From Nemertoderma westbladi (Eukaryota; Animalia; Xenacoelomorpha), in the NCBI GenBank assembly GCA_032718475.1, contig JAUCBJ010008555.1, positions 62,001 through 126,000 of the forward strand: a DNA stretch of 64,000 nt, given 5' to 3'. The stretch's first letter is position 1. The number at the start of each line of letters is the position of its first letter. Of this stretch, positions 46,301 through 52,096 are shown in pieces. The position numbers and the translations under genes were made by a program. The notes under the pieces were generated by a model. It was not told where the DNA came from. It worked only from the letters and a program-made list of their open reading frames with translations, and made no database searches.

Positions 46301-48593
46301 TTTTAAAAAACGTTGTCAAAGGGCAGTTTACAAGGTTTAGCAGAATTTCGAACTCGAACGAGGAGTTTGTTGCGGCGAGAGACAGATATTTAACCGACTG
46401 CTGGTCGGTTGGTTATCCTTCCGATTACCTCGATCGAGCCCTGTCAGTGGAGAGTTTTAGGGCTCAAAGGTTACCAGAGGATGACGAAGTATTTAGAGCG
46501 TATTTACCTGTTACGGGATATTTTGAAGACTGCATAACTCCCGTCGTCAAGCAGTTTAAACCTCAATTGGAGGAGAGAGGAATCCGCGTTCATTTGGCCA
46601 ACAGTTCTTCAATGAATCTGGAGAGCTTGTTAATAAAGAAGAGAGACTCTATTGCGGAAAGGGGAAACCACAGGTGCGATGCCCCCAGATGTAAACCCTG
46701 TGAACTAATAATTAACCCGACTAATAAGCCTTGGGGGGACCCGATTGTAGGTAGTTTTTCGTGTGCGTCTGTCCGAGTTATTTATTGTATTTTTTGTTGT
46801 TTGCATCCTGACATTTATTACATTGGTCAGACAGAGCAAACTTTATGAGACAGAATGAACGGGCACAGGGGAGTTATAAATAAGTTTAGAGGGGGCGTAC
46901 AGGACAGAGACGGCGAATATTTATTAGGAGAGCATTTTCTAGATTGCGACGGATTGTTAAAGGCGGCAGTGTATAGGTCTTTCAGATCCCATGCTGATAG
47001 AATTCATACTGAAGCCTTTTTAATAAATAAATTTAAACCCCCACTTAACCGTTATTTCCCAGCTGTTTAATTTTTCCATTCCTCACTTAAACACAAGCCG
47101 ACGAACTGTTATTTTCCGATTGTTTAATTTGTGGCTCTGTTTTAAATTGCGAATTAATGTTCAGTATCTAATTCTCCTCAATTAACGTGCAGTATCGTAG
47201 TTTTCTTCCCCAGTTGCTATAATTTGTTAATTTTATTATTATTTATATTCTCCCCTACATGGTGCTATTATACTATCTGCCACCTGATTACTACTTAAGC
47301 AACCCGTTCCTACTTGTATACAGAGAAGACTAGCTACAGTTTTCTTATTACCGTGCTAGCTTCCTACCAGACAGTTTCCTGGTTCTGTAACAATACCCTA
47401 AGTCTGCACTACGGGCTATGCGCTACAGTAGTCTAGTTCGTGCTGCCTACACGGTCTATCCTACTATGCCTACATACCCCCTTGACTCCTCACTTGGCGC
47501 CCTCAGTGCCCACAAGTATTACGGTACTATGTACCCTTCTGCTACGGTATGCGTACATACCCTCCCTCAACTCCTCACGTGGCGCCCTCAGTGCCCACAA
47601 GTTTACGGTACTATGTACCCTTCTGCTACGGTATGCGTACATACCCCCCCCCCCCCTCAACTCCTCACGTGGCGCCCTCAGTGCCCACAAGTTTACGGTA
47701 CTATGTACCCTTCTGCTACGGTATGCGTACATACCCCCCCCCCCCCTCAACTCCTCACGTGGCGCCCTCAGTGCCCACAAGTTTACGGTACTATGTACCC
47801 TTCTGCTACGGTATGCGTACATACCCTCCCTCAACCCCTCACGTGGCGCCCTCAGTGCCCACAAGTTTACGGTGCTATGTACCCTTCTGCTACGGTTTTA
47901 TATGCGTACATACCCCCCCTCAACTCCTCACGTGGCGCCCTCAGTGCCCACAAGTTTACGGTACTATGTACCCTTCTGCTACGGTATGCGTACATACCCC
48001 CCTCATGCGTTACCGTATTACCCTGTACTGGTTGTAGTTGCGTTACCGTCCGTATTGCCCTGTACTGGTTGTAGTCGACGCCCCATCCCCTAGGTGACGG
48101 AGGCTCGGAACCCCTGGAGTGCATGGTATTGCCGCACTCGGTGTCTGTGCTCAACGGTTGCGGCGGGGAGGCCGTGTACGACGAAGGAATATGCCGCGGC
48201 GGTTGCGGAGACTTCCAGGGCCACTGCTGTCTACCGGACCAACAGTCGGATCTCGACGTTGTTAGTGTATGTGCCGACGGGTCGCCAACTTCCCAGAGTG
48301 TGTCGGTAAGTAATACAATCTACCTTGTCTATTATATTTATTATAATAGACATAAATCAATAATAACAGGTTACAGTTTTATCTCGATTTTATCGATTTT
48401 ACACTGGAGATGGATGCGACTAAGCCCCCCCCCCCCCTGCCCCCTCCCCCTTCCATACCCACCTAGATGCTGCATTTATGATAGATCTTAAAATATCTAA
48501 ATGACACATCCCGGGACGATAATTAATAATATAATTGTCTTTGCTTTACAGGTTGTGTCTTCGTGTAGTTGTCAACCAACTCCAGAAGATTAA
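4263..48593 (+). CDS. Spliced gene (5' end outside window): fibrillin-like cbEGF-repeat extracellular protein, ~24 EGF + FOLN/Kazal x2 + TSP1 + FOLN/Kazal + C-terminal cystine knot
   Basis: Exons 4263-4388, 4641-4862, 5300-5443, 5925-6065, 6229-6368, 6624-6748, 6850-6953, 7061-7255, 8857-9006, 9201-9323, 14400-14561, 14786-14902, 15210-15344, 15616-15747, 15972-16223, 16542-16661, 16956-17229, 17706-17935, 37956-38081, 38247-38465, 39158-39379, 39769-39939, 42100-42315, 48094-48305, 48552-48593. All are flanked by AG/GT (last exon ends at the stop) with matching phases. They join into one 4100-nt frame with D[IV][ND]EC cbEGF starts, ending ...SSCSCQPTPED-TAA. Confidence 0.9.
4641..4862 (+). 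CDS. Exon 2, cbEGF plus first part of the next EGF
   Basis: tttag/AC ATC AAT GAA TGT (DINEC); donor gttagt. Confidence 0.9.
5000..5225 (+). mobile_element. tRNA-derived SINE with Nin-domain-like core
   Basis: A-box-like gcctatagtggtaag, B-box-like ggttcggtccc, then ggccaacccaggctttcatcctt...cggcaaatg, resembling the Nin-SINE domain (recognised by eye). Confidence 0.55.
5300..5443 (+). CDS. Exon 3, cbEGF
   Basis: GFIGDGVTCEDINECTANRDPC...; AG/GT flanks, phase 1-1. Confidence 0.9.
5925..6065 (+). CDS. Exon 4, cbEGF
   Basis: DGNGCVDIDECSNGEANCDVNAVC...; AG/GT flanks. Confidence 0.9.
6229..6368 (+). CDS. Exon 5, cbEGF
   Basis: (CT)n tract then cgcag/; DVDECSRGNHNC...; donor gtgggt. Confidence 0.9.
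6624..6748 (+). CDS. Exon 6, EGF
   Basis: SIGGCSANAMC...VNECAD; phase 0-2. Confidence 0.88.
6850..6953 (+). CDS. Exon 7, cbEGF second part
   Basis: SLNRCHANAQCTDTQAGYNCDCLPGFQGDGFVCY; phase 2-1. Confidence 0.88.
7061..7255 (+). CDS. Exon 8, cbEGF plus most of the next cbEGF
   Basis: DENECISDPCVNAVC...; AG/GT flanks. Confidence 0.9.
7428..8490. mobile_element. Non-autonomous DNA transposon (MITE-like) with 21-bp TIRs
   Basis: gcggcagctccaaaccaaaac at 7428-7448 and its reverse complement at 8470-8490; many internal aaaacccagta motifs in both orientations. Confidence 0.7.
8857..9006 (+). CDS. Exon 9, cbEGF
   Basis: GTVGNGVDCVDEDECVTGHNC...; donor gtgagt. Confidence 0.9.
9201..9323 (+). CDS. 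Exon 10, cbEGF
   Basis: DIDECAEGTDTCHDDATC...CNPPTIGNGHQCA; donor CAG/gttggt lies in the first unit of the 52-bp array. Confidence 0.88.
9285..11198 (+). repeat. 52-bp minisatellite (~37 copies) spanning the exon 10 splice donor
   Basis: Unit GTAATCCTCCGACAATAGGGAACGGACATCAGTGTGCAG/gttggtagctatg = last 39 exon nt + first 13 intron nt. Confidence 0.97.
11218..14360 (+). repeat. 39-bp minisatellite (~80 copies), intronic
   Basis: Unit gttattgtcctgttttataaaaccggtccatatcttcag, with internal palindromes gttttataaaac and accggt. Confidence 0.97.
14400..14561 (+). CDS. Exon 11, EGF
   Basis: EPGPCHNHDCSSPIGSVC...; acag/ acceptor and /gtaagt donor. Confidence 0.87.
14786..14902 (+). CDS. Exon 12, EGF
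   Basis: PGQCGGVANAECV...CVCKAGFSGDPEVSCD. Confidence 0.87.
15210..15344 (+). CDS. Exon 13, EGF
   Basis: PDPSCGGDPSTTCPPNESC...CVCFPGFTRNAAGICE. Confidence 0.87.
15616..15747 (+). CDS. Exon 14, cbEGF
   Basis: DDDECADSPNGNADCHDNAHCVNTPGGYYCEC... Confidence 0.9.
15972..16223 (+). CDS. Exon 15, two cbEGF
   Basis: DENECNRPVNPC...DDNECVMQTHNC...; donor gtgaga. Confidence 0.9.
16542..16661 (+). CDS. Exon 16, cbEGF
   Basis: DVNECNAADVCGLIGICTNSLGSYYCDC... Confidence 0.9.
16956..17229 (+). CDS. Exon 17, two cbEGF plus start of the next
   Basis: DIDECSEPDGS...DVDECSGSAVC...DVNECQI; donor gtgagt. Confidence 0.9.
17311..17560 (+). mobile_element. tRNA-headed SINE-like element ending in a degenerate minimal hammerhead ribozyme motif
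   Basis: A/B-box-like gaatggttagagc...gttcgatccc; ctgtaga-ggcct-gat-aggcc-gaaac-gtac-gta at 17493-17524. Confidence 0.5.
17706..17935 (+). CDS. Exon 18, cbEGF
   Basis: ADLCGMFSNSHCENTIGSYEC...DINECENGQHDC...; donor A/gttagt lies in the first unit of the 40-bp array. Confidence 0.9.
17914..19119 (+). repeat. 40-bp minisatellite, left part (~30 copies), spanning the exon 18 splice donor
   Basis: Unit GACGGGCGTATACAGTGCAACA/gttagtcacataagtata. Confidence 0.95.
19745..21495 (-). repeat. 3' LTR of the BEL element (1751 bp) with internal tandem repeats
   Basis: Matches 29289-31031 by eye except for two extra GAGC units; ~62-bp internal repeats at ~20960-21350. Confidence 0.95.
21710..29023 (-). 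CDS. BEL/Pao Gag-Pol polyprotein, 2437 aa, uninterrupted
   Basis: Gag FDG motif, three Zn knuckles (CMYC..H..C, CRNC..H..C, CKTC..HH..H), protease ALIDPGS, RT FYYDDG, RNase H FSDAS/IPRLEL, integrase HHCC + DDE, C-terminal DGRVR; order PR-RT-RH-IN. Confidence 0.96.
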   Translation of the reverse strand: MATATGSQHQLDEDASSSITSDHGGSPNVDDLRALDSRALSGLKSSFTRAHNALAYHLSLTGPVQDGLIDASFNTFKLSFGKYRSKTHQILLIPNFRAQNNTLYNKFTHDYAEAEARYYQLERKYADYQEDAQSESIPVVDPPNLPSERARMTSLALPHPTATDNINHSHGDFTLTPLGDETSSAGRRHVRRSLTTACIDEYHNPTPFRGFSSPDLTLLNANVGLQSNEIGLPVSAPDNPNPNRETCDQELLTDFLNASRDFVIHNESGFQNTIRPIMPIDLPVEYNKNNPLPVPAALSVLVVNDHLNLGVSVNNSNNTDASPLVSPQVPVSTSVNLVGIPSNPLSVVSSVTQDNAQTKTVETQNGNIGNQVKSRIADVNPGDSVSQINSHPTISAVSSSKLSGLARATRLKLMKYKAQMQTYQHLDELSKRSKQIQRDAKCRELELEAEFYANEINEQNRNSVVTVCSGPTPTIPVPITTLSTDNIPTTAPTVTLPSPYPCTTQSFPPSLPSQPMTVTTRPSINITTAIPIVCSTNHPPVTAHKTTQSVVLPHTVSCVPASLPSTLNPDVAPFNPPTVESLATFQHLPSVPTNHSADPLVNFGNICPSTLSARPLNNHTNHHQSSAQTLPNPNTISNHHTLSSQTPVPTVPQHSLDYKSDSTIPRPLAGSLNSEQSALLKLTLPTLQPTKFDGKLLDYVQFKQTFYDLIDSKPIPDNEKHIYLIQFTAGEPRRVAELYRSSDNGYTLAWAQLDKRYGHPREVSRSILNQLTQGPRLNLTAADLLKFIDDISISHATLESIGSSTRLNDPSNMDLLASRLPIELVNRWTRHATKLHTNKRVEPQVSDLVNFLDQEVSVLNYYGTGKPKTRPPASFPALTSAVPKQVRTTSTTPLRPSLPPNAPQLPIDGAQTTSATSQNRLRCMYCDGGHKIYGCDSFLNLTYHDKDNFVANYPSHDMCRNCLGRGHLTADCLSKYTCKTCKSNKHHSLLHPPNAPFTRIPHSSATTPTPMPRSTASAPNKHVTSHPPMSSRNTCLHRFQKRNTVLQTVPVRLTSDHTTMSLTTYALIDPGSDQSILDDRNLPPLGLHCTQYRTIPISTCLDKERLIEVGAIKCNVSPVSSNGTPTLVNVTFDVMKGFRDNFVTPRRWNIREWPHLADLDLSHPPLDIPQVTVLLGQDAPVALMQLQSRWGPNPQTHPYAVETPFGWSVCGPNLAPDDDLDIYPTSQIHCTLSDVNDLDTLNDRHSPPERTAATFDPGSDSNSEVTQNPHPTMTTLVPFSPKSSSKQSQHPNISYLNDLEQNLRRFWEMEVHSSSLGKEMSPLNLRSQSILQAMRLKPNGHYSLGLLWKRDDVTLPCNKLYAQRCLVWLGKRLRKKPEVLTLYTTQVEDYISQGYARKLTPSEIDSHGPRSWYLPHHYVLYPKKPNKIRVVFNAAAPYFGTSLNANLINGPDQSNLLSGILCKFRRHAVAFSCDIKSMFHQVEVNPEDRDSLRFLWWENGDMDRSPTEYWMEVHIFGAGDSPTIALTALRRTGSDNAHRYPPRVNETIQNEFYYDDGMSGAQTPLEAVDLAKSLIECLSLGGFHLTKFHSNDSEFLKSLDPTYLAIPTHTTRDSDIQTAITTALGLVWDTVNDTLSIDIRLKDTPSTKRGVLSLVSSLFDPLSFLGPVTLLLRILLQDIWRHKLGWDDPIPLPLETRLNEWKLQLTLLVDFCIPRTYTPIPLPDNIYDIHSFSDASDKGYGMVSYLRTTTPDGAITTGFLIAKARSAPLRYISIPRLELQAAHLSVDLTVQVRQELDMPIRSMTFWTDSTVTLGYLRNESRRFKPYVANRVSLIHGHTTVDQWHHCPGNLNPADYASRGLLPQRFLQTEQWIRGPDFLSLTPEYWPVSHNAPYTLPSDDPELKSDTRVYAMNTMAPSPPTDKLIQHYYKSYRLIRGVSWFIRFFEYLRHKRGPLQPGSPRKLTSSELVTAKQRIEQYVQRVGFPGEYTALKSGSPIPKVSTIRKLSPFFDEDDGYLRLGSRVARAPTSYDARFPILIPKNCHYARLLIHDVHIRLRHAGQSHSLAFLRERYWIINARSLIRTMLSACIACKRLHSRTMTQIMADLPESRLTPYKPVFAFTGMDLFGPFLFKRMRSLITRYGIIFICFNSRAIALDMVEDLSTDRFINALRRFIATRGTPQHLYCDNGTNFVGAESELKESLARVDQDKVTSHLRTLDCTWHFQTPLAPHTSGVWERLIRSVKDSLYATIKDSTRINEDTFRTVLAEVEGILNSRPLTPVTDDPTADQPITPRHFLLRNPVQLSPPGKFDRKDELGRKSWRQAQGLSDRFWDIWIREYIPTLHKRSKWTAPQRNLKVDDVVIITDEKLPRNSWRIGRVSEVRPGKDGRVRTVRVAYDKSDLLRPVSKLCLLEGSDPDEMLSYWGRTPEDDGNGLKNSD
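29289..31031 (-). repeat. 5' LTR of the BEL element (1743 bp)
   Basis: Direct repeat of 19745-21495. Confidence 0.95.
31121..34162 (+). CDS. Chimeric ORF: 2A-like motif + CR1-type APE endonuclease + Pro-rich repeat, fused in frame to an RTE-type reverse transcriptase
   Basis: GDIESNPGP; APE motifs; after 32710 RTE-like motifs FRGISL, DFFKAFD, GVLQGDTLAPFLF, LDFADD, YLGS. Confidence 0.8.
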   Translation: MYVLLATVVYSITFQPSSISILLCGDIESNPGPLSVWHHNVRSLLPKLNNKICTDKLKIIYDTILDLNIDIFIVTETWFLKCTAADHESELNKHSYKYYNKPRADNSGYGGVGLFIRESLPHLRRTGRAFNSQGLELIFIDIFIVKLKVLVIGLYTPTEPTAQYWDTLYDVICNITTAYKYDGILLLGDFNTNCFHQTPFLVNKFCSLTGFTQVINSITRSQSQSCIDLLFTNLLPLKIKADAHADICFDNNLPISDHSPIFIDLNVDIKPPPLFIRTVWDYDKANWGEFRQFLNSKCLSSYFGAHADDPVEGVNFLTETLLEGTNRFIPSHKIKTRSSDPKWINNELRSLFRRRERLHKRAKGTPNNSNQWVIFRKYRNFVTQKVRLAKASYSSELYLSTKSSSNLDSKKWFSIVKSVLGKNKLSSIPFLFDGDTAVYEAFDKAQVLNNRFVINSTLPGLLPTTPVQSTPQTAPPLVHPTHQPVPPVVLSVVPPVLHPIPLTVPPVVHPTPPIVPPAVHPIPQTVPPVVSECLKLIYPIIVDMYRTTRVPQEMKTNKLVPVPKKGNLTLYGSFRGISLISIAAKLYNRILLNRIRDPIERLLRGNQNGFRKGRGTMEPILALRRIIEELSKKKDRHLAVIFVDFFKAFDSVSRSRMFSILSLYGIPDEIIAAIRSVYDGSAAFVSTVDGDTEPFEVLWGVLQGDTLAPFLFIIVVDYVLRMSLDHHNDDGVMITPPTGSRSRGNPAKYLTDLDFADDLGVLSESLEGAQRLLSSLEHAASSVGLFINSRKTKILTVNFESPQQVSDRMSISSKDGMLEHVDDFCYLGSWIRKSGEDLRIRKGKAWAALNRLSRIWKSPRINRKLKVRLFRAAVVPVLLYGSPCWALTAEDTKSLDGTFTRMLRRVHCAKYNAHISNQTLYNIGGVSLVPPSLTLEQNRLRFAGHCFRREDQPVHNLVLWQPHGVNKHGGQPMTFLRRILKDTGLKDADDLANVMGDRELWRCNFVDKPAQHS
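32540..34500 (+). repeat. 66-bp coding tandem repeat (VVHPTPPIVPPAVHPIPxTVPP) of the CR1-like element, split by the RTE insertion
   Basis: Copies at ~32540-32709 and 34206-34500. Confidence 0.85.
32710..34205 (+). mobile_element. 5'-truncated RTE-clade LINE with a (TAG)n tail
   Basis: Interrupts a repeat unit at ccggtagt/acatccc; ends in tagtagtagtagt, overlapping the target GTAGT; RTE-like RT and C-terminus. Confidence 0.8.
34500..36969 (+). pseudogene. RT and C-terminal zinc-knuckle part of the CR1-like ORF2, disrupted by the MITE
   Basis: Removing the MITE and one TSD joins ...SIPYQT/VPLYLNG... in frame; frameshift relative to the APE frame near 34470. Confidence 0.85.
35455..35963. mobile_element. 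hAT-type MITE (509 bp)
   Basis: TIRs CAGGGGCATACCCAAG / reverse complement CAGGGGCGTACCCAGG; 8-bp TSD CCAGACAG at 35447-35454 and 35964-35971. Confidence 0.92.
37372..37845 (+). repeat. 40-bp minisatellite, right part (~12 copies)
   Basis: Same unit as 17914-19119, resuming at aacagttagtcac. Confidence 0.93.
37956..38081 (+). CDS. Exon 19, last cbEGF
   Basis: NINECLRGTHNCDLLHGICHDTPGGYTCSC...; phase matches exon 18 across the 20-kb intron. Confidence 0.9.
38247..38465 (+). CDS. Exon 20, FOLN + Kazal
   Basis: CREGVCPPLQTCVVVNNLPTCVC...VCGSDGNTYS... Confidence 0.88.
39158..39379 (+). CDS. Exon 21, FOLN + Kazal
   Basis: CTADIFCRPGTHCEVVDNRPQCVC...LCASDGEVYDNICAF. Confidence 0.88.
39769..39939 (+). 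CDS. Exon 22, thrombospondin type-1 repeat
   Basis: DCSYSDWSDWSQCSALCGEGVRISTR...PCDLPPCPD (WxxWxxC motif); donor A/gtaagt lies in the first unit of the 20-bp array. Confidence 0.88.
39934..41643 (+). repeat. 20-bp minisatellite (~85 copies) spanning the exon 22 splice donor
   Basis: Unit CCGATA/gtaagtttatagta, with shorter and longer variant units. Confidence 0.96.
42100..42315 (+). CDS. Exon 23, FOLN + Kazal
   Basis: CFNHVCPNHGVC...PVCGSDGITYNSECQLKRLSC. Confidence 0.88.
42464..44445 (-). mobile_element. 5'-truncated, decayed CRE-like (restriction-like endonuclease) non-LTR retrotransposon
   Basis: Minus strand: TQGCPVAM, WFADD, RLGGLG, GASAWL, CACG..NHVLSC..RHNEIRD, RLD; A-rich 3' end near 42470; stops and frameshifts. 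Confidence 0.7.
44450..47070 (+). mobile_element. Decayed Penelope-like element (RT + GIY-YIG endonuclease, Neptune-like linker)
   Basis: LSRGFKFVP, GDK, SLDVCEMYPSI, FVDD, FLDL, CDAPRCKPC linker, VIYCIFC..YIGQT..RMNGHR, EAFLI..LN; several frameshifts; 30-bp x4 internal repeat at 46124-46240. Confidence 0.85.
47480..48005 (+). repeat. ~83-87-bp minisatellite (~6 copies) at the 3' end of the Penelope-like element
   Basis: Unit ctacggtatgcgtacataccc..tcaactcctcacgtggcgccctcagtgcccacaagtttacggtactatgtacccttctg. Confidence 0.9.
48094..48305 (+). CDS. Exon 24, C-terminal cystine knot
   Basis: ECMVLPHS...GICRGGCGDFQGHCCLP...VCADGS (CxGxC, CCxP); cctag/ acceptor gives the required phase 1. Confidence 0.82.
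48552..48593 (+). CDS. Terminal exon 25 (VVSSCSCQPTPED*)
   Basis: tttacag/ acceptor; CxC closes the cystine knot; TAA stop; AATAAA near 48850. Confidence 0.82.
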   Translation, partial: VVSSCSCQPTPED

Positions 48594-49088
48594 CTCCCAT
48601 ATTATTCTAAAACCTTTATCTTCAACAGAAACTTGACATTGACGGGTCATATAGGTTATATATAAACGCAATACAACTAAGTAACTATTTATTTGCGTCC
48701 GTGGGTGGTTTGGTGGTGGTATACTCTATAACTATACTTACTTATAAACTCTTAGTTAATATAAATATACTAATTAATTATAATATTTTGGTGCATTTAT
48801 CGGTATACTAATCTCTGGCCGTTCTTACCGTTAAAACTCGTTCGTTAAAATAAAATTAAACCAAAAACGATATAGTTCAGGGTCCATTACCTTCCTTTGG
48901 TTCATAATAATAACAATATAGTTTTGGGTTTGAATTACACTGTATTAGTAGATATAGTAACACGGGATTTATTAAATATACGAGATTCCTGTAACGCATT
49001 TGTTTATTTTTCAACAATTCCGGTAAATTGAGAAGAATATTATGGTTTTGTTCATAAATTGTAAAAAACGAGGAAGTACGTCCCCGGG

Positions 49089-49142
49089 GGTTGAACCTGC
49101 GCTATTCCTACGTTTCGATCTATCAGGCCTCATCAGTTGCTA
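49089..49142 (-). ncRNA. Degenerate minimal type I hammerhead ribozyme motif
   Basis: Minus strand ctgatga-ggcct-gat-agatc-gaaac-gtag-gaa-tagcgcaggttcaacccc, homologous to 17493-17545. Confidence 0.5.
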
Positions 49143-49425
49143 CTGATAGAAGTGGATTAGATGGAGGGTAGGGGTCAGGGCTAAGAGGCTGAGCTGGTAC
49201 GTAATTCTTCCGGTGACGCGCTTCATTGTTTTTTAAATTTCTGAACAAAACCATAATATTACATCATTAATTAAGTAGGCCTACAGTTGTACGACAATAT
49301 ACTCAAGGACATGGCCTATGTATGTAGGTTAAATACCGACTGAATGTATACCCCTGTTCAAATTGTCGGCGCGTATCAGAACTAAAATGATTTAGTCACT
49401 AAATTTTAGTTTTAAAATTATACTG

Positions 49426-49603
49426 TAATCAAGGTCACCTTAATAACAAGGCCTGATGTAGGTTATTACTAATCAAGGTCACCTTAATAACAAGGCCTGA
49501 TGTAGGTTATTACTAATCAAGGTCACCTTAATAACAAGGCCTGATGTAGGTTATTACTAATCAAGGTCACCTTAATAACAAGGCCTGATGTAGGTTATTA
49601 CTA
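49426..49603. repeat. 44-bp tandem repeat x4
   Basis: taatcaaggtcaccttaataacaaggcctgatgtaggttattac. Confidence 0.9.
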
Positions 49604-51374
49604 AAAATACAAAATGGCGGGGAAGAAAACCCACATTTGTAATTATTCGCAAATTGATTTAGTATTTCTGTTTTCATGATAAATTCATTGTTCTAGAATT
49701 TAGGTTATTGCAGGTTGTACAGTTTTGAAAATGTAAAATATCATATCGTTCTTTAATTTTGATAACATCTCCGGACGTTATTGGTGAAATTGAAAACGGT
49801 TTTCTGATTCTGAATCTGCAGATGAAGCCGTTTCTAATGAAATCTAGATTTCATTGAAAGATGAAAAATATAGCCGACGGAGGTGGCTAATTATTGCCAA
49901 ATATACGATATTTAACTGCTTGTTATATCGAGATAGTTCAGAAATTGAAAAATCCGGCCAGGCCTGCCTGCAGTAAGTATATACATAAGGCCATGCAGCC
50001 GGAATTTACTAGCTAGCTTGAGGGTTTAGATTACACCATCTCCCTCACCCCCCTTAATTTTGGGAACAGTCCCGTATGCTCCGTATGCGACGTTCCGTCG
50101 CATTTTCTAAATTTTTTTACGAAATATAGAGGCGAAAATTATGACTAATTTGGAACTAAATTACCATCGTTGACTTCCTCACAACATTTCAAAAAAATAT
50201 TGTGTTCTAGAACACAATATTATCAGAACATTATATTTCAGAACACTAGCTATCGCAAATCAAAATCAAGGTACTGTATATTTTTAGATTTTATTTTTTT
50301 TATTTTTTGGTAACAGTTCCATATAGCAGTCACTACATTTTTATAACATAAGTCATTGTTACCATGGCAACATTGTAGAGTTCTAGAACAAAATATAATT
50401 ATTATACACTATTCTAGAACATAAATAAAATAAAAAATATATTGTTCTAGAACATATAGCTAGTCATTTTTCAAATTTAAAATGGCTAGTAATTAAAATA
50501 AAACTACATTTTTATAACATAAATCATTGTTATCATGCAAAAAATGTAAACTGCTATAATATCAATATTTTAAACATGAAATATCATCCGCAATATTTTC
50601 ACATTTTTTATAATTACAAAAAATTTACTACTATTTACTACTTATATAATTTTCAACAAACATGCCTGGTGATTGTCCTTTATTTCTAATAATTGCTAAC
50701 CGAAATTTAATATTCTGGAATGTCAAAATCATGCTATCACAGGTCTTGCTCTCTGAATGGACAGTTTATTTTATTTGCAAATATTGACTTTTAGAAATAT
50801 GATTCACAATTGACGAATTATAAAATAAAATGTTGGCAATTTTAACTTATTATTTAGACTGACAAACCGAATAAAAATTGTGTTTTATAGAATTGGTAGA
50901 CAATTTTTAAAATTTTTCATTCTGCTTATTTCCATGGCAACGGGAATGTAAACAAATTCAAATGTAAAATATTATGATAGACTATTATTTCCATCAATCA
51001 CCTACCAAATCTCAAGGGAAGAATCCATTGTCGCCTTGAAATACAGGCGCGCAAAGTTTGAACTTTGCACCCGGTTACCTTGGCAACTATAAGATAAAAA
51101 TTCCAGAAACACATTTTATAACATTACTATGAATCCTAGTCATCATATCCCCCTAACCAAAGTAAGGCCTAGCACATAAGAAGTTTCGAAGGAAATATTA
51201 TGAAAATAGTGTCATAAATTGGGGAAAGATCGGCCTCCGCTAATTTCAGCTATTCGTTCGCGCATGACCTGTTATTTGTTATTTCTGTTATTTGGCCTAT
51301 ACCCTCAAAATTCTTATTATAGCAAATTTTTGCAAACTTTTTTGGAAATGTTCTTGAACATGTCGTATGTTTAA

Positions 51375-52096
51375 GGGGGGGGGGGGGGGGGGGGTACACC
51401 ATTTTCGGACAACTCTTCGATTTATCACTCTCAGCGTTTCAAAATTATTTGATTTTGGCTAAAATTTGGCATATAGGTGCCTAAGATGCTATTCTACATG
51501 ACAGGTCAGAAAATTTTTTTTTTTCGCTATTTAATATTAGTTAATACTAGTTAACAACAAAAAAACTTGGTTGCGCTTAAAACCCTAAAGCTTTTACAGT
51601 TTTGAACCTAATCACATGAAAGTTTTTTTATATGATAGATCAAAGATGGGGCAACATAACTATCAGGCGAAATTTTGTTAAAATAATTCTGCACCGCTAG
51701 GTGGCGCTGCAAATTTATGCAAATTTTTAGGTTTTTTATAAATAGTATTAAATTTTATTAACAAAAAATTTCGAAAAGTTGCCTGATACTTTTATGCAGG
51801 GTGGCTATCTAGACACCCACAGGAAGTTTCAGACTAATTACTCAAAAATTGTAGAAGTAGTAGGGTTTTGAAGTTGACAATTTCATGAAAAAAATATTTG
51901 GAGATAATCGACCTTTCATTATACATAGTAATAGTAATTTCAATAGGATTCCCTAAATGGAAATTTACATAACTTGAAAACTAAAAGAGCTATTAAATAG
52001 CGGTTTTTAGATTTGGAAACACCATTCAATGGTGCATTATATTAGACCATTAAAAAAAATTAGACATATTTTGGACCAAAATGGTGTACCCCCCCC
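51375..52096. mobile_element. MITE with TTAA target duplication (Kolobok-like GG termini)
   Basis: ttaa-(G)n-tacaccatttt ... aaaatggtgta-(C)n-ttaa. Confidence 0.8.

Noticed and set aside
46846-46848. In-frame TGA in the Penelope GIY-YIG domain read as selenocysteine
   Set aside because: Not at a Cys position; the element has several other frameshifts; CGA to TGA decay is the simpler explanation and I saw no SECIS.
48066-48075. Alternative exon 24 acceptor gttgtag at 48074
   Set aside because: Wrong phase; it leads to a TGA within a few codons, whereas the AG at 48092-48093 restores the cystine-knot frame.
4263-48593. Naming the gene fibrillin, agrin or SCO-spondin
   Set aside because: No TB domains or fibrillin C-terminus, and no laminin-G/SEA or VWD/LDLa domains in the visible part; the 5' end is missing.
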